A stretch of DNA of 64,000 bases from positions 29,414-93,413 of the forward strand of contig JAJYEE010000005.1 of assembly GCA_021790335.1 (NCBI GenBank), in the 5' to 3' direction. A program made the position numbers and the translations under genes. The notes below the pieces were generated by a model. It worked only from the letters and a program-made list of their open reading frames with translations, was not told where the DNA came from and made no database searches. The stretch is from Pseudomonadota bacterium. Its GTDB lineage: Bacteria; Pseudomonadota; Gammaproteobacteria; Acidiferrobacterales; UBA6901. Positions 20,741 through 34,074 of the stretch are shown here, piece by piece. The first letter of the stretch is position 1. Each line of letters opens with the position of its first letter.

Positions 20741-21916
20741 ATGAATTCGTTGATATCCCGCATTGCGCGCATCGGCTTGCTTGCTGCCGGCGTCGCGCTG
20801 TTTGTGCCCCAGGCACTTGCATCTTCCGGAACAGGGAATGAATCGTTCGGCCCCCTGGTCCCGCCATCGCCGCCGCTGCCCGCCGTCGGCAGCTATGTAT
20901 TGATGGATTTCGGAAGCGGGCAGGTGCTCGCGGAAAAGGACGATCAGGTGCATGCCGCACCAGCGAGCCTCACCAAACTGATGGTTGCCTATCTAACCTA
21001 TCAAGCGATTCAGCACCGGATGCTGTCGATGGATCAGACCGTGCCCGTCTCAACGGCCGCTTGGCACACCCCGGGGTCGCGGATGTTCATCCAGCCCGGA
21101 CTGGCTGTCAACGTGAATCAGCTGCTGCACGGTCTGATCATAGATTCTGGAAATGACGCGGCGGTCGCATTGGCGCAGGCGGTTGCAGGCAGCAGAACCG
21201 CGTTTGTTGATCTGATGAACGAGACCGCCCGCCGACTGGGGATGAGCGATACGCACTATGTCAACGTCACCGGGCTTCCGGCGCCGACGCTTTACACGAG
21301 CGCGCTGGATGTCGCCCGGCTCTCGCGGGACTTGATCCAGAATTATCCGCAGATCCTCACGGTTTCTTCGCGCAAATTCTACACATACAACAAGATCAAG
21401 CAGCCTACCTGGAATCCGGTGTTGTTTCGCGACCCGACCGCAGATGGCCTGAAGACGGGACTCACGGATGCATCGGGCTATTGCATTGACGCCACGGCCG
21501 TGCGCCACGGCCGCCGTCTGATCGCAGTGGTGATGCACGGACCGAGTTGGAAGAAGAGCACTTCCGGCGTGGAGTCGCTGCTCGATTACGGCATGCGCTT
21601 TTTCAAAAACCGCACCTTCTACGGTGACAGCACGCCGGTCGTGACACTGACCCGGGTAGACCTCAATCCCCTGCATCTGCCTGCCGGAACGGGCCATGCA
21701 GTGACCGTTACCGTCCCCAGGGGAAGCGGCCTGAAGATTCACTGGTATCTGGATTCCGGCCTGCCCCGTACTGTCAGCATGGGTCAGGCCATCGGACACC
21801 TTACATTCACTGCCGCAGGACAGGTGCTCAAGACGGTTCCGCTGATCGCCCTGAAGCCGGCGCGGGAGGCCGGCACCATCGACGAGTTGTGGAACCGGCT
21901 GCGGCTCGCCGTGTAG
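20741..21916 (+). CDS. D-alanyl-D-alanine carboxypeptidase (DacA/DacC type PBP5/6)
   Basis: Signal peptide; PASLTKLM, SGNDAA, DGLKTG; C-terminal PBP5-type domain. Confidence 0.9.
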   Translation: MNSLISRIARIGLLAAGVALFVPQALASSGTGNESFGPLVPPSPPLPAVGSYVLMDFGSGQVLAEKDDQVHAAPASLTKLMVAYLTYQAIQHRMLSMDQTVPVSTAAWHTPGSRMFIQPGLAVNVNQLLHGLIIDSGNDAAVALAQAVAGSRTAFVDLMNETARRLGMSDTHYVNVTGLPAPTLYTSALDVARLSRDLIQNYPQILTVSSRKFYTYNKIKQPTWNPVLFRDPTADGLKTGLTDASGYCIDATAVRHGRRLIAVVMHGPSWKKSTSGVESLLDYGMRFFKNRTFYGDSTPVVTLTRVDLNPLHLPAGTGHAVTVTVPRGSGLKIHWYLDSGLPRTVSMGQAIGHLTFTAAGQVLKTVPLIALKPAREAGTIDELWNRLRLAV

Positions 21917-22095
21917 TGGGCGGTGACCTGCGGGAAGCGGCCCACGAGGCATTATCCCGATGGATTGCCAGGCAAAGTGCGGAACCTGGTTCCGGGTGCA
22001 TGCCAATGCCTGGTATCGCCACGATGGCCTGAGCTGCCGATTTGAGTTTTCATTCCCCGTAGAGCAAACTCGCTGATCAGCCACCAGCCCGGATC

Positions 22096-22755
22096 GTGCG
22101 CATGCCGGCATACCGAAAAATCGAGCTTCCCGCCCTGACCGAAGCGCTCCCCGGTCGCAGCGAGCGCATGCCGATTCCGCCGCGCCATTTTGTCAGCGGC
22201 CGGCCTATCGCACCACCGTTTCCGGAAGGCCTGGAACTGGCGCTATTCGGGCTCGGCTGTTTCTGGGGCGCGGAACGCAAATACTGGCAGCTCGCCGGTG
22301 TCTACGCCACCGCCGTGGGATATTCGGCCGGATACACGCCGAATCCGACCTATCGCGAGGTATGCAGCGGCATGACGGGTCACAACGAAGTCGTGCGCGT
22401 CGTATTCGACCCTGCGGTCACCCGCTACGACGAGCTGCTGAGGCTCTTCTGGGAGTCCCACGACCCCACCCAGGGCATGCGCCAGGGCAATGACATCGGC
22501 ACCCAGTACCGCTCCGGAATATATACGTATGGCAGTGCGCAGAAGATGGCTGCCCAGGCATCGCGCGACCTCTACCAGGAGGCGCTCGGTGCAGCCGGGT
22601 TCGGTCGGATCACCACCGAGATTCTCGATGCTGCCGAATTCTATTATGCCGAGGAATATCACCAGCAGTATCTCGCCAAGAACCCGGGTGGATACTGCGG
22701 TCTGGGTGGCACTGCAGTACCTTGTCCAGATTTGCACCAGCGTCAGGGATCGTGA
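22096..22755 (+). CDS. msrA: peptide methionine (S)-S-oxide reductase
   Basis: [43 protein letters not shown]. Confidence 0.97.
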   Translation: MRMPAYRKIELPALTEALPGRSERMPIPPRHFVSGRPIAPPFPEGLELALFGLGCFWGAERKYWQLAGVYATAVGYSAGYTPNPTYREVCSGMTGHNEVVRVVFDPAVTRYDELLRLFWESHDPTQGMRQGNDIGTQYRSGIYTYGSAQKMAAQASRDLYQEALGAAGFGRITTEILDAAEFYYAEEYHQQYLAKNPGGYCGLGGTAVPCPDLHQRQGS

Positions 22756-22896
22756 TTCCGGGACAGGCGCCGGGATCCATCCGTCTGCGTTGCGCTGTTT
22801 CCGCGAAGTCACCGCGTGCCGGCTTCCGGAACCCATCGCATGCCAGTGCCAAGGTCCGACCGGCTCGACCGGGGCGATAGAGTTCCCGCGAGCCTG

Positions 22897-24069
22897 ATGG
22901 ATAATCGACGAGCGATGGTGTTCCTCGCCCTGGCGCGTACCTGCCGCAGCATCGCGGCCGGGATGTTAAATCTGGCTTTCCCATACTACATCCTCACCAG
23001 ATTCCAGCATGGCGCGCTGGTGATCAGTTTCATATTTGTTGCCGCCACCCTGGCGGGTGCAGCGCTCAGCTTGCTGGTAGGGATCGGCGCGGACGTCTGG
23101 GGCAAACGCGGCACACTCATCGCGGCCAACCTTCTGTTGCCGCTCAGCGCGATCATGGTTTACCTGTCGCATAGCCTCTGGCTGATTGTGCCGGCAGCCA
23201 TGCTCGGCGGCTATTCCTCCACCGGATCGCTCGGAGGCGGCGGGGTCGGCGGCGTGGCCCAGCCGGTCCAGAGCGTGGTTCTGGCGAGCCTTACGTTGTA
23301 TCAGGAGAGGACGAAGTATTTTTCGCTCTTTACCTTTCTTGCCGGGATCGCTGGGGCGCTGGGAGCGTTGCTCGCGAGGGCGCTGGAGGTGCGCGATATC
23401 TTCCTGGCCGCTGCGATTATCTCGGCTGCGGGAATCCCGCTGTTGTGGTGCATCAAAGTCGACACAAGTCACGGAAAACTGGTTCGCCTCAAGACCAGGG
23501 CAACCATAGGCAAGTTCAGCTTGACCGGAATGCTTAATGGATTTGCACAGGGTCTGGTCGTGCCGTTCCTTATTCCGTTTTTCATCCTCGTCTATCACCT
23601 GCCCAAGTCGAAGATGTCGGTATTTGCTTTCTCCGCGGGATTGCTTGCCTCACTGTCGCTTCTTGGCGCGCCGCTGCTCGAGAAAAGGCTTGGATTTCTC
23701 AAAAGCATTCTGATCACCAGAGGAACCGGGCTGCTGCTGTTTCTGGTTTTCCCGATTATCCGATTCCTTCCGTTGTCCGCCGCAATCTATATTGTGGCGC
23801 CGGCGCTCAGGGTTGCCGGGCTGCCGATACAGCAGTCGGAACTGACAAAGCGGGTCGATGAAGACGAGATGGGGTGCGCGCTCGGTATCAACCGTGTGGC
23901 GAGGCTGATCGCAACATCGGCCGGGATCGGCGTCAGCGGACATCTGCTCGATGCTGCGCACTTCGAGGTCCCGTTCTTTCTTTATGGACTGGTCATGGCG
24001 GGAAATCTGCTGCTGTATGTGAAATTTTTCGGCGCCGGCCGGTGGCCGGCGAACGGGAACGGAGAATGA
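22897..24069 (+). CDS. MFS transporter
   Basis: About 12 hydrophobic segments; motif A GIGADVWGKR. Confidence 0.85.
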   Translation: MDNRRAMVFLALARTCRSIAAGMLNLAFPYYILTRFQHGALVISFIFVAATLAGAALSLLVGIGADVWGKRGTLIAANLLLPLSAIMVYLSHSLWLIVPAAMLGGYSSTGSLGGGGVGGVAQPVQSVVLASLTLYQERTKYFSLFTFLAGIAGALGALLARALEVRDIFLAAAIISAAGIPLLWCIKVDTSHGKLVRLKTRATIGKFSLTGMLNGFAQGLVVPFLIPFFILVYHLPKSKMSVFAFSAGLLASLSLLGAPLLEKRLGFLKSILITRGTGLLLFLVFPIIRFLPLSAAIYIVAPALRVAGLPIQQSELTKRVDEDEMGCALGINRVARLIATSAGIGVSGHLLDAAHFEVPFFLYGLVMAGNLLLYVKFFGAGRWPANGNGE

Positions 24070-24147
24070 AGGGCAGCGCACGGGATCGCGATGCGGCAGA
24101 CACCACGCGGCGAGCAGCCGGGCAGGTCCGGACACTCTGGTGCAGTG

Positions 24148-24540
24148 TCAGGTGAGGATTCCGTTCCTGGGAAGGCCGACACCACCGCCGGCTACTATCC
24201 AGCCGAATACCAGCAGGGCGGCGAGATTCAGCAGCGCCAGCACTACCGCGGCCAAAAGCGCGGCGCCGAATCCGTCCACTTCGAAATCGCGTACGAACCA
24301 GGACACGAGCTTGATCATCAGAGCGTTGATCACCAGTGCGAACGCGCCGAATGTAAGGAAAGTCAGCGGCAATGTGAGCCAGAACAGGACCGGGCGGATG
24401 AACGCGTTGATCAGTCCCAGCACCAGGGCGGCAAGCCACAGCCCACGGCCCGAGCGGGCGCGTACTCCGGGAACGATGTGCGTCACCAGCCACAGACCGA
24501 AGGCAGTTGCCACCCACAACATCAAAAAGACAATCAACAT
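24148..24540 (-). CDS. YvlD / 4-TM 'phage holin family' membrane protein
   Basis: AALVLGLINAFIRPVL..LTLPLTFLTFGAFALVINALM. Confidence 0.85.
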   Translation of the reverse strand: MLIVFLMLWVATAFGLWLVTHIVPGVRARSGRGLWLAALVLGLINAFIRPVLFWLTLPLTFLTFGAFALVINALMIKLVSWFVRDFEVDGFGAALLAAVVLALLNLAALLVFGWIVAGGGVGLPRNGILT

Positions 24541-24846
24541 GGATTTATCCTTATTGCGCCCGGGAAGGTGTCTTGCCTGGCCATTGTACCTGCTGAAGCG
24601 TAGGCCCGCACGCGCTCCGACGCTTCAGCGCGCGGAGACGACGGCAACGGCTCGATGCCGCGGGCCGGGGAGGGCCTTTGTCTGCGGCGATCGTCTTTTG
24701 TCAATCCCAGGACGCTGCACTCATCCGGAGGCTCGGTGTCCGGCGTATCGGATTTGCACAAGGATGTCGCGCGGACAAAGTCCGCAGTTCGCTCCCGATG
24801 ATCGTGCTGTGCGCCCCATATACTCGCGGAGCCAGATCGGACGCCT

Positions 24847-26079
24847 GTGAACCTTCCGCTCATAACGCTGTTCTGCGTGTTCGCGCTCATTGCGTTGCGC
24901 CGGCTCGGCCGTTTGCGCGTCGCGATCTGGCAGGCCATGGTCGTTGGCGCTGCCGTGGTGATGCTGACCCGGCAGATCGGCATCGAAGCATCGATCCGGG
25001 CCATCGATCCGGATGTGATGCTGTTTTTGTTCGGAATGTTCGTGGTGGGTCAGGCGCTTGTGGCCAGCGGCTATCTGTATTTCCTGGCGTACCGGCTTTT
25101 TAGCCGCGCGGCCTCGCCGGGCGCGCTGGTATTCATGGTGCTGTTTGCTGCCGGCATGGCATCAACGGTGCTCATGAATGACACGGTGGCAATCATTGGA
25201 ACGCCGCTCATGCTGCGCTTGGCCCGCGAGCACCGCATGGATCCGAAATTGCTGCTCCTGGCACTGGCGTTCTCTGTGACGATCGGCAGCGTCATGAGCC
25301 CCATCGGAAATCCCCAAAATCTGCTGATCGCGGTGCAGACCGGGATGCATGCGCCGTTCAGCGTCTTCTTCAGGGCCCTGGCCGTTCCGAGCCTCGTCAA
25401 CCTCATGCTTGCCTACGGCGTGCTGCGCCTGTTTTTCCGCGGGTCTTTTCACACACGTGTTCTGGTGCACGCGCCAGTGGCTGTCACCGACCCGGCATTG
25501 GCGCGCCTGGCGCGCATCGCACTGCTGACGGTGATTGTCCTGGGGGCAACAAACGCGCTGCTGGAGCAGACCGGCGCAGCCCGCGTGCTTCCGCTCAGCT
25601 GGATTGCCGTCGCGGCCGCTCTGCCGCTGCTCGTCCTGAGTCCGCGTCGCGGCGAGCTGCTGCGCGACGTCGATTGGAAAACCCTGGCATTCTTCGCCGC
25701 CCTGTTCGTGCTCACCAAGAGCGTGTGGCAGACGGGGTATATCCAGTCACTGCTTGCACGCGAGCGGCTCGATCTGACCGACGTGCATACGATAATGGGG
25801 CTCAGCGTGCTGCTCAGCCAGCTGATTTCGAATGTACCGCTCGTGGCCTTGTACCTGCCATTGCTCGTGCATGCCGCCACGGTCCATGCCTCTCTGGCGC
25901 TCGCTGCCGGCAGCACCATTGCCGGCAATCTGCTGATCCTCGGGGCCGCGAGCAATGTCATCATCGTCCAGAATGCGGAGCGCCGCGGTGTTGCCCTGAC
26001 GTTTCTGGAATTTGCGCGCGTCGGCGTGCCTCTGACGATCCTCAATCTCGCCGTATATGGCCTGTTCCTGGCCCGTTAG
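24847..26079 (+). CDS. ArsB/NhaD/CitMHS-type ion transporter
   Basis: NDT, IGSVMSPIGNPQN, VDWKTL, SQLISNVP, STIAGNLLILGAASN. Confidence 0.85.
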   Translation: MNLPLITLFCVFALIALRRLGRLRVAIWQAMVVGAAVVMLTRQIGIEASIRAIDPDVMLFLFGMFVVGQALVASGYLYFLAYRLFSRAASPGALVFMVLFAAGMASTVLMNDTVAIIGTPLMLRLAREHRMDPKLLLLALAFSVTIGSVMSPIGNPQNLLIAVQTGMHAPFSVFFRALAVPSLVNLMLAYGVLRLFFRGSFHTRVLVHAPVAVTDPALARLARIALLTVIVLGATNALLEQTGAARVLPLSWIAVAAALPLLVLSPRRGELLRDVDWKTLAFFAALFVLTKSVWQTGYIQSLLARERLDLTDVHTIMGLSVLLSQLISNVPLVALYLPLLVHAATVHASLALAAGSTIAGNLLILGAASNVIIVQNAERRGVALTFLEFARVGVPLTILNLAVYGLFLAR

Positions 26080-26141
26080 GAAGGCGGGAGTGCTCGCGCG
26101 CGGATCCGCCGCCGGGAAGGGGGCCGCCGGTCGCAAACCGA

Positions 26142-28589
<2,448 letters not shown>

Positions 28590-28609
28590 AGTTTATGCAC
28601 CTGATCGTG

Positions 28610-29014
28610 CTACACCTTGCGCAGACTCAGTATCAGAACGCCGTTGACCAGATCCCTATGGTCGAATTCATAATGCCCGGGAGGCAGTTCGATACGCCGT
28701 TCATAGCGTCCATAGGGAATCTCAAGGCGGTGTATCGTCGCTGCCCGCAGTTCCGGCGGCAGTGTCCGTTCTCCCGAGACCCGCAACACGCCAGCCTCGA
28801 TTCCGACCTGAACCTGTGCTGCGACCATCCCCGGCAAGGCGATCATCATCCACAGATGACGGGACGTTTCGAAGATGTCCGCCGGCGGTTCCCAGATCGG
28901 GCGCTGTCCGGTGCTCTGAGCGAGGCGGAAGAACTGCCGCTGCATGCGTTCGGCCCGTTCCAGAAGTTCGAGGGCCTCGTCCCACATCCAGGATTTCGGA
29001 TCATGTATTGACAT
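28610..29014 (-). CDS. Hsp20/alpha-crystallin small heat shock protein
   Basis: WEPPADIFET, LPG, VSGER, EIPYGRYERRIELP, NGVL; SD AGAGGA. Confidence 0.88.
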   Translation of the reverse strand: MSIHDPKSWMWDEALELLERAERMQRQFFRLAQSTGQRPIWEPPADIFETSRHLWMMIALPGMVAAQVQVGIEAGVLRVSGERTLPPELRAATIHRLEIPYGRYERRIELPPGHYEFDHRDLVNGVLILSLRKV

Positions 29015-29018
29015 GCGG

Positions 29019-29043
29019 TTCCTCTGGCCTATATGCAAGAGAA
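29019..29043 (-). promoter_or_regulatory. ROSE-like RNA thermometer candidate
   Basis: mRNA UUCUCU-U-GC-AUAUAG-GC-C-AGAGGA pairs the SD in a weak hairpin. Confidence 0.4.
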
Positions 29044-29214
29044 CTTCGAAGACAACACCGCGCCCCTTGACGCGCGCCTCATCCCCTGGCGCCACCCATG
29101 CGGCGCGACCTGCGGTGCCGGGGCTGGGAGCACGTGTGAATGCTAGCCGCCCGAAAGCCGTTGCGGCCGTCACCTTCGGTATCCGGCTCCATGGTCGCGC
29201 TCTTACAGCTATGC

Positions 29215-29241
29215 ATGCGGACGCATCGCCCGGTTTGCAAG
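29215..29241 (-). promoter_or_regulatory. possible sigma32 promoter of hsp20-lon
   Basis: CTTGCA-N15-CCGCAT against the consensus CTTGAA-N13-17-CCCCAT. Confidence 0.3.
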
Positions 29242-29449
29242 ATCTCCGGGCCGGATTCGATCCTCATATTATGTTATGTTCCGCCACCAAGCACCGCAGC
29301 GCAATGGCGGCTGCGCAATCGCTATACAGCGGCCGCCGGCCCGGCGGCAAATCCCTGTTTGCGCCAGTCCGGCCGAAGTCCACACACAGTCCTGGCGCGT
29401 TTCCCCGGATTTCCCGCAAGCGCCGCGCAATGGTGTGCTGCCCACGATC

Positions 29450-29979
29450 CTACAGATCGAATGCGATGACCTCGGCGTTGGCAAAGCGCAGCGCCAGCAT
29501 TTGCTGATCTGAGAGGCAAAGTGAATGAGCGACCGCTACCCGCATCGTTTCCTCGTGGGCAACCACCAACACGGTACGCTCCGGCTGCAACCGCAGCCAG
29601 TCGAGAAAGCCGAGCACACGCTGCTTGTGTTCGAAGAGCGTTTCGCCTCCACCTATGCGGGTATGCATGGGATCAGCGGCGATGGCGCAGTACAGCTGTT
29701 TCACCGTCTCGCCGTCGAGCCCGGTACGGAAGTCGTTGACTGCAGGATGCACGGTGATGGGTACATGATGATCACCATTGACGATCTCGGCTGTCTGCCG
29801 CGTGCGTGGCAGTTCGGATACGACGATACGCTCCAGTGCCACATCCTTCAGATCGCACGCTGCGGCTGCACCTGCTCTATCCCCAGGTCGGTCAGGTGAA
29901 CCGGTCGTGCCGGGTCGTCGTTGCACAGACCGAGAACATTGTAATTTGTCTGTCCATGACGCATGAAGTACGTCTTCAT
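29450..29979 (-). pseudogene. histidine phosphatase family gene split by a 1-nt deletion (pseudogene or sequencing error)
   Basis: MKTYFMRHGQTNYN...LTDLGIEQV in one frame and DLKDVALERIVVSELPRTRQTA...GGET...VVAHE in another; break near 29866. Confidence 0.75.
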
Positions 29980-30164
29980 GGCCGCACCCTCCGCAAACCA
30001 TGCTGCCGCAGATGGCGTCCGGCATATCCCGATCCGTGTCCGCCGCTTGCGGCGGTGACCGCATTTTCGTAGTCTGGCATGGTTCATCCGGTGGACATGC
30101 AATGGCGGGGCGCGATTGTATGCCGTTTGGATCGTTGGGTCGAAGCTTCGGGGAAGCTCTTTAG

Positions 30165-30705
30165 ATGATCGGGACGGGGTCGACGAGGGTGCATGCGGGC
30201 TGGCTGGGCAGATGGTATGCCGAGCCGCTTGTCCCGGAACGGGCGCGCAGCCTGCTGGAGCAGGCGCAGCGCATCATGCACCGCGGGCAACGCTCCGGGC
30301 ACCATTGCATCACCGGGCGGCTGCAAATCCTGATTGCGCGCTATTGGCTGGATGGGGCAGCGCAAAGCTACGATTATGATATGGCTGTGCGCGCCGGTTT
30401 CCGCAACCGGCGCGCCAGGGCGCTCGCCGAACTTATATTATGGTCAGCTCCTTCTCAGCCGCAAACTCACCGGAGCATTCGAACACCTGAGTGCCGGGTT
30501 CTCGCTCGCCGGCCCGATGATGGCGGCGGAAGATTATCTGAACGTGCGCCGCCGCCATGCCCTGTTGCGCCGGCTTGAGCTGGCTTCGACCCCAGCATCA
30601 CCGCACAGCCTCGATGCGCTGCTTGTCGAAGCCGCGGTCATCGTCAAGCTGGAAGGCAGATCGATGCCCCGGTTCACGCATGATCCATGTGATACCTCGG
30701 GCTAG
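30165..30705 (+). pseudogene. hypothetical protein split by a 1-nt insertion (pseudogene or sequencing error)
   Basis: ...RARALAELI continues as YGQLLLSRKL... if one T at 30438/30439 is removed, giving ~179 aa. Confidence 0.55.
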
Positions 30706-30887
30706 GAGTCGCGGCGTCTGCCGCCGGGCGACAACAGCACCGGGCTGATTACGGTCCGCGCGGCTGCGCGGGACGGGGGCATGGCGGTACCGGCTCCGCG
30801 GGGCCGGCGGGTCACTGGCGCCGTGTGCAGCGTTGCGGTGCATGGATGTGCAGGCAGCCCTATCCGCTTCGACAGCCTGCAACGACA

Positions 30888-33716
30888 TCATCCGGTATTG
30901 CGCATCCCGGCGGCGATGGCGTTGATGGAGCGCAACAGCGGGTCGCGCCAAACGGACGGACGGCTCTCGTCACCGGGTGCGGCGCGGTAGCGCTTGAGCA
31001 GAACCGTCTGGATATGGTTGAGCGGATCCAGATAGGGGTTGCGGCGGGCGAGCGAAAGCGCAAGGACCGGATTGTCCTCGATCAGATGCTTGGCACCGGA
31101 GACATCCAGCGCCTGGGTTATCGTGCGATGGAATTCATCTTTTATCATTCGGTAGACCCTCTGGCGTGTATCGGGGTCCGGACATAGTTCGGCGTACTCG
31201 CGCGCGATATCCATGTCACTCTTGAACAGTGCCATCTGGGTATTGCTGAGCAGTGACCGGAAGAATGGCCATTCAAGATACATGCTCTGCAGTTTTGCCA
31301 GCCGCGCCGGATCGTTGGCGCGCCAGGATTCGAGCGCGCTGCCAAGGCCGTACCATGCCGGCAGAGTGTGACGCGATTGGGCCCAGCCGAATACCCAGGG
31401 GATCGCACGTACCGAAGCTTTCGACCGGTCAGTCCGGTTCCTGTGGCTCGGGCGCGAGCCGATGTTCAGTAATCCGATCTCATTGACCGGTGTTGCCTCA
31501 TAGAAATAGTCCATGAAGCCCGGGGTGTGGTCCGTCAGAGACCGGTAACTCGTTTCACCAGCGCGCGAGAGTTCTTCCATGACCGCGAGATGGTCTTTGC
31601 GGTCTTGCACTGTGGGGCGCACGAGAGAAATGCTTGCCTTCATGAGGCCCGTGGCGCCCATCGTAAGCTCATAGGCAGCAGTCTCGGCATTGCTGTACTT
31701 GTAATACAGCACCTCACCCTGTTCGGTGAACTTGATCTGGCCGTTGACCGTTCCGGGAGGCTGGGCCAGGATTGACTCGTGCGTGGGCCCACCGCCCCGG
31801 CCGATGGTGCCGCCCCGGCCGTGAAACAGGCGGCAGCTGACTCCGAAGTGCTCGGCAATGCCGATGATCTTCTTCTGTGCCTCGTACAGGTTCCACGACG
31901 AAGACAGGGTACCGCCGTCCTTGGCGGAGTCGGAGTAGCCGAGCATGACCTCCTGCACGTTTCCGGAAGCCTTCAGCAGCGCGCAATAGGTTGGAATGCT
32001 TAACAGCGTATGCATGACGTCTTCGATACGTGCAAGATCGTCGATCGTTTCGAACAGCGGACTTATCCTGATCTCGCAGTGCCAGCCTTCCGCGCCCAGC
32101 CCGGCCAGCCCGGCCAGACGTGCCAGCAGCATCACCTCCAGAATGTGGCTGGCCGCATGGGTCATAGATATCACATAGTTGCCGAACACATGGCGGCTGA
32201 CACTATCCTGGAGCCGCGCCATCAGTTCGAAGGTTTCGAGGGTCTCGCGAGCGGCCGGGCCCAGGCGTCGGCGATCGACCGCCGTGGGGGCGGGTGCCGC
32301 AATCAGTTTGGTTAGCAGCTGCAGTCGCGCAGGCTCGTCGAGGGAGAGGTAGGGCTTCTGTCCCGGAAGCTGCGCCAAAATCTCGTTCAGGGCCTCGGAG
32401 TGGCGCGAGGCCTCCTGTCTTATGTCGAGCTGCACAAGGTGGAAGCCGAAGGTTTCCGCCAGGCGAATCAGGTCCTTGAGCTCGCCATCGGCTATTTCCT
32501 GGTCACGATGACTGACAAGCGAGTCGCGGATCAGGTACAGGTCGGTGAGGAACTGTTCGTCTCGTCCATATGCCGCCGACACGTCCCCGCTGGGCTCGCC
32601 GTGAAGCCGCTGATGTACCGCGCGCAGCGTATGCTCGAGCCGGTAGCGCATGAAGTAAAGCTTGCGTCGGTAAGGTTCGGAAAAGAATTGTTCCGGCTTG
32701 GTGCCGAACGCGTGATGGCCGAAGCGTTCGTCGCGCGCCAGGCTTTTCATCAGCTCATCCGACGGACGGGTGAGCAGTATCGAATAGGTAAGTATATTGC
32801 TGAGCGCAGTCAGCCGACGCATGTATTCCTGCAGAATCTCCTCAACGTGAAAGCCAACCGCGAGTAGTGTGGTCTCCGGCTTTACGTTTGGGTTGCCGTC
32901 GCGGTCTCCGCCGATCCATGAGCCGAACCTCAGGAAGCTGGGGACCCGGACAAGGGGCTGGCCGGCAGTGTCGTCGCCATAGATCCTGCGCACGGCGTCC
33001 TCGACCAGCCGGTAGGTGGTGGGCACCGCCCGAAACAGACTTTCGCGAAAATAGAAAAGACCATTGCGGATCTCATCGCGTACCGCGGGACGCAGCGTCC
33101 GCACTTCATCGGTTTTCCAGAGGATCTGGATCTGGGCCCGCAGTTGCCCGATGGTATCCTGGATTTCCTCTTTGCCGAGGCGCGGATCGTTGAGACACTC
33201 GGAGGTCACGAAAATCCGTCTCAGTGCTTGCATGATCGTGCGGCGCTTGGCTTCGGTGGGATGGGCGGTGAACACCGGCACAAACATCAGGCGGTCGAAC
33301 AGCGTCTGCAGCTCGCCCGCGCCTATGCCCTGTGCATGGAACCAGCGCAGTGTTTCGTCGAATGACCCGGTCCACAATGGCCCGCCCGAGCGCATCATGC
33401 GCCGCCGCTGGCGGTGCTGAAACGCCTCTTCCGCGATGTTGACCAGGCTAAAATAGGCGTTGAATGCCCGCAGGACGTGGGTCAGGGTTTCAGGGTCGAG
33501 GCGGTCGATGAGGCGCATCAGCTGTCGCCGTATGCGCGGATTCTCCCGCCGGTGCAGACTGATGAATCCCTTGCGCAGCGTTTCGACCGCCTTCAGCACC
33601 TGCCCGCCGGCCTGGCTGTGCAGGACGTCGCCGAGGAGTTCGCCGAACAGCCTGACGCGGCTGCGCAGCTCCTTGTCACCGGGGATGGATTCTGGGTTCG
33701 TGTTTTGTCGGTTCAT
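30888..33716 (-). CDS. ppc: phosphoenolpyruvate carboxylase
   Basis: VFTAHPTE, SWIGGDRDGNP, QEVMLGYSDSAKDGG, FHGRGG, RAIPWVF, GMRNTG. Confidence 0.97.
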   Translation of the reverse strand: MNRQNTNPESIPGDKELRSRVRLFGELLGDVLHSQAGGQVLKAVETLRKGFISLHRRENPRIRRQLMRLIDRLDPETLTHVLRAFNAYFSLVNIAEEAFQHRQRRRMMRSGGPLWTGSFDETLRWFHAQGIGAGELQTLFDRLMFVPVFTAHPTEAKRRTIMQALRRIFVTSECLNDPRLGKEEIQDTIGQLRAQIQILWKTDEVRTLRPAVRDEIRNGLFYFRESLFRAVPTTYRLVEDAVRRIYGDDTAGQPLVRVPSFLRFGSWIGGDRDGNPNVKPETTLLAVGFHVEEILQEYMRRLTALSNILTYSILLTRPSDELMKSLARDERFGHHAFGTKPEQFFSEPYRRKLYFMRYRLEHTLRAVHQRLHGEPSGDVSAAYGRDEQFLTDLYLIRDSLVSHRDQEIADGELKDLIRLAETFGFHLVQLDIRQEASRHSEALNEILAQLPGQKPYLSLDEPARLQLLTKLIAAPAPTAVDRRRLGPAARETLETFELMARLQDSVSRHVFGNYVISMTHAASHILEVMLLARLAGLAGLGAEGWHCEIRISPLFETIDDLARIEDVMHTLLSIPTYCALLKASGNVQEVMLGYSDSAKDGGTLSSSWNLYEAQKKIIGIAEHFGVSCRLFHGRGGTIGRGGGPTHESILAQPPGTVNGQIKFTEQGEVLYYKYSNAETAAYELTMGATGLMKASISLVRPTVQDRKDHLAVMEELSRAGETSYRSLTDHTPGFMDYFYEATPVNEIGLLNIGSRPSHRNRTDRSKASVRAIPWVFGWAQSRHTLPAWYGLGSALESWRANDPARLAKLQSMYLEWPFFRSLLSNTQMALFKSDMDIAREYAELCPDPDTRQRVYRMIKDEFHRTITQALDVSGAKHLIEDNPVLALSLARRNPYLDPLNHIQTVLLKRYRAAPGDESRPSVWRDPLLRSINAIAAGMRNTG

Positions 33717-34074
33717 GTTGCTGCAAATACCCACCGCCAGCACGCGCCTTGCGCCTAGATCGGCCGGGATGATCGGCAATGACGGGGCGTTATCATGCCC
33801 GAAGCCGGCCTCAATATAAAGCCGCTGCCGCACAGGCTGGAGCTGTACCACGCATGGGCGGCGGCTGCGGACGGCGCGCCCGACGAATACGAGATGGTGG
33901 CGACGGCCCAATTCGGGGCGCGCCCGCGGTGGTGCGTATGACAGCGTTTCGGATTCCGTGCTAGTCTTAATATAAAAGCGGGTCGACAGGCGCGGGGGCG
34001 GATTTGCTCGGTCCCCGAGCCCGGGGTGCACCGGGCAGTCGTGCCGATTTCACGGATTCTTTGGAGTGCGCTCA

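Noticed and set aside
24148-24540. 'Phage holin' as a sign of a prophage
   Set aside because: YvlD-type 4-TM proteins are common chromosomal genes, and no endolysin or phage genes are nearby.
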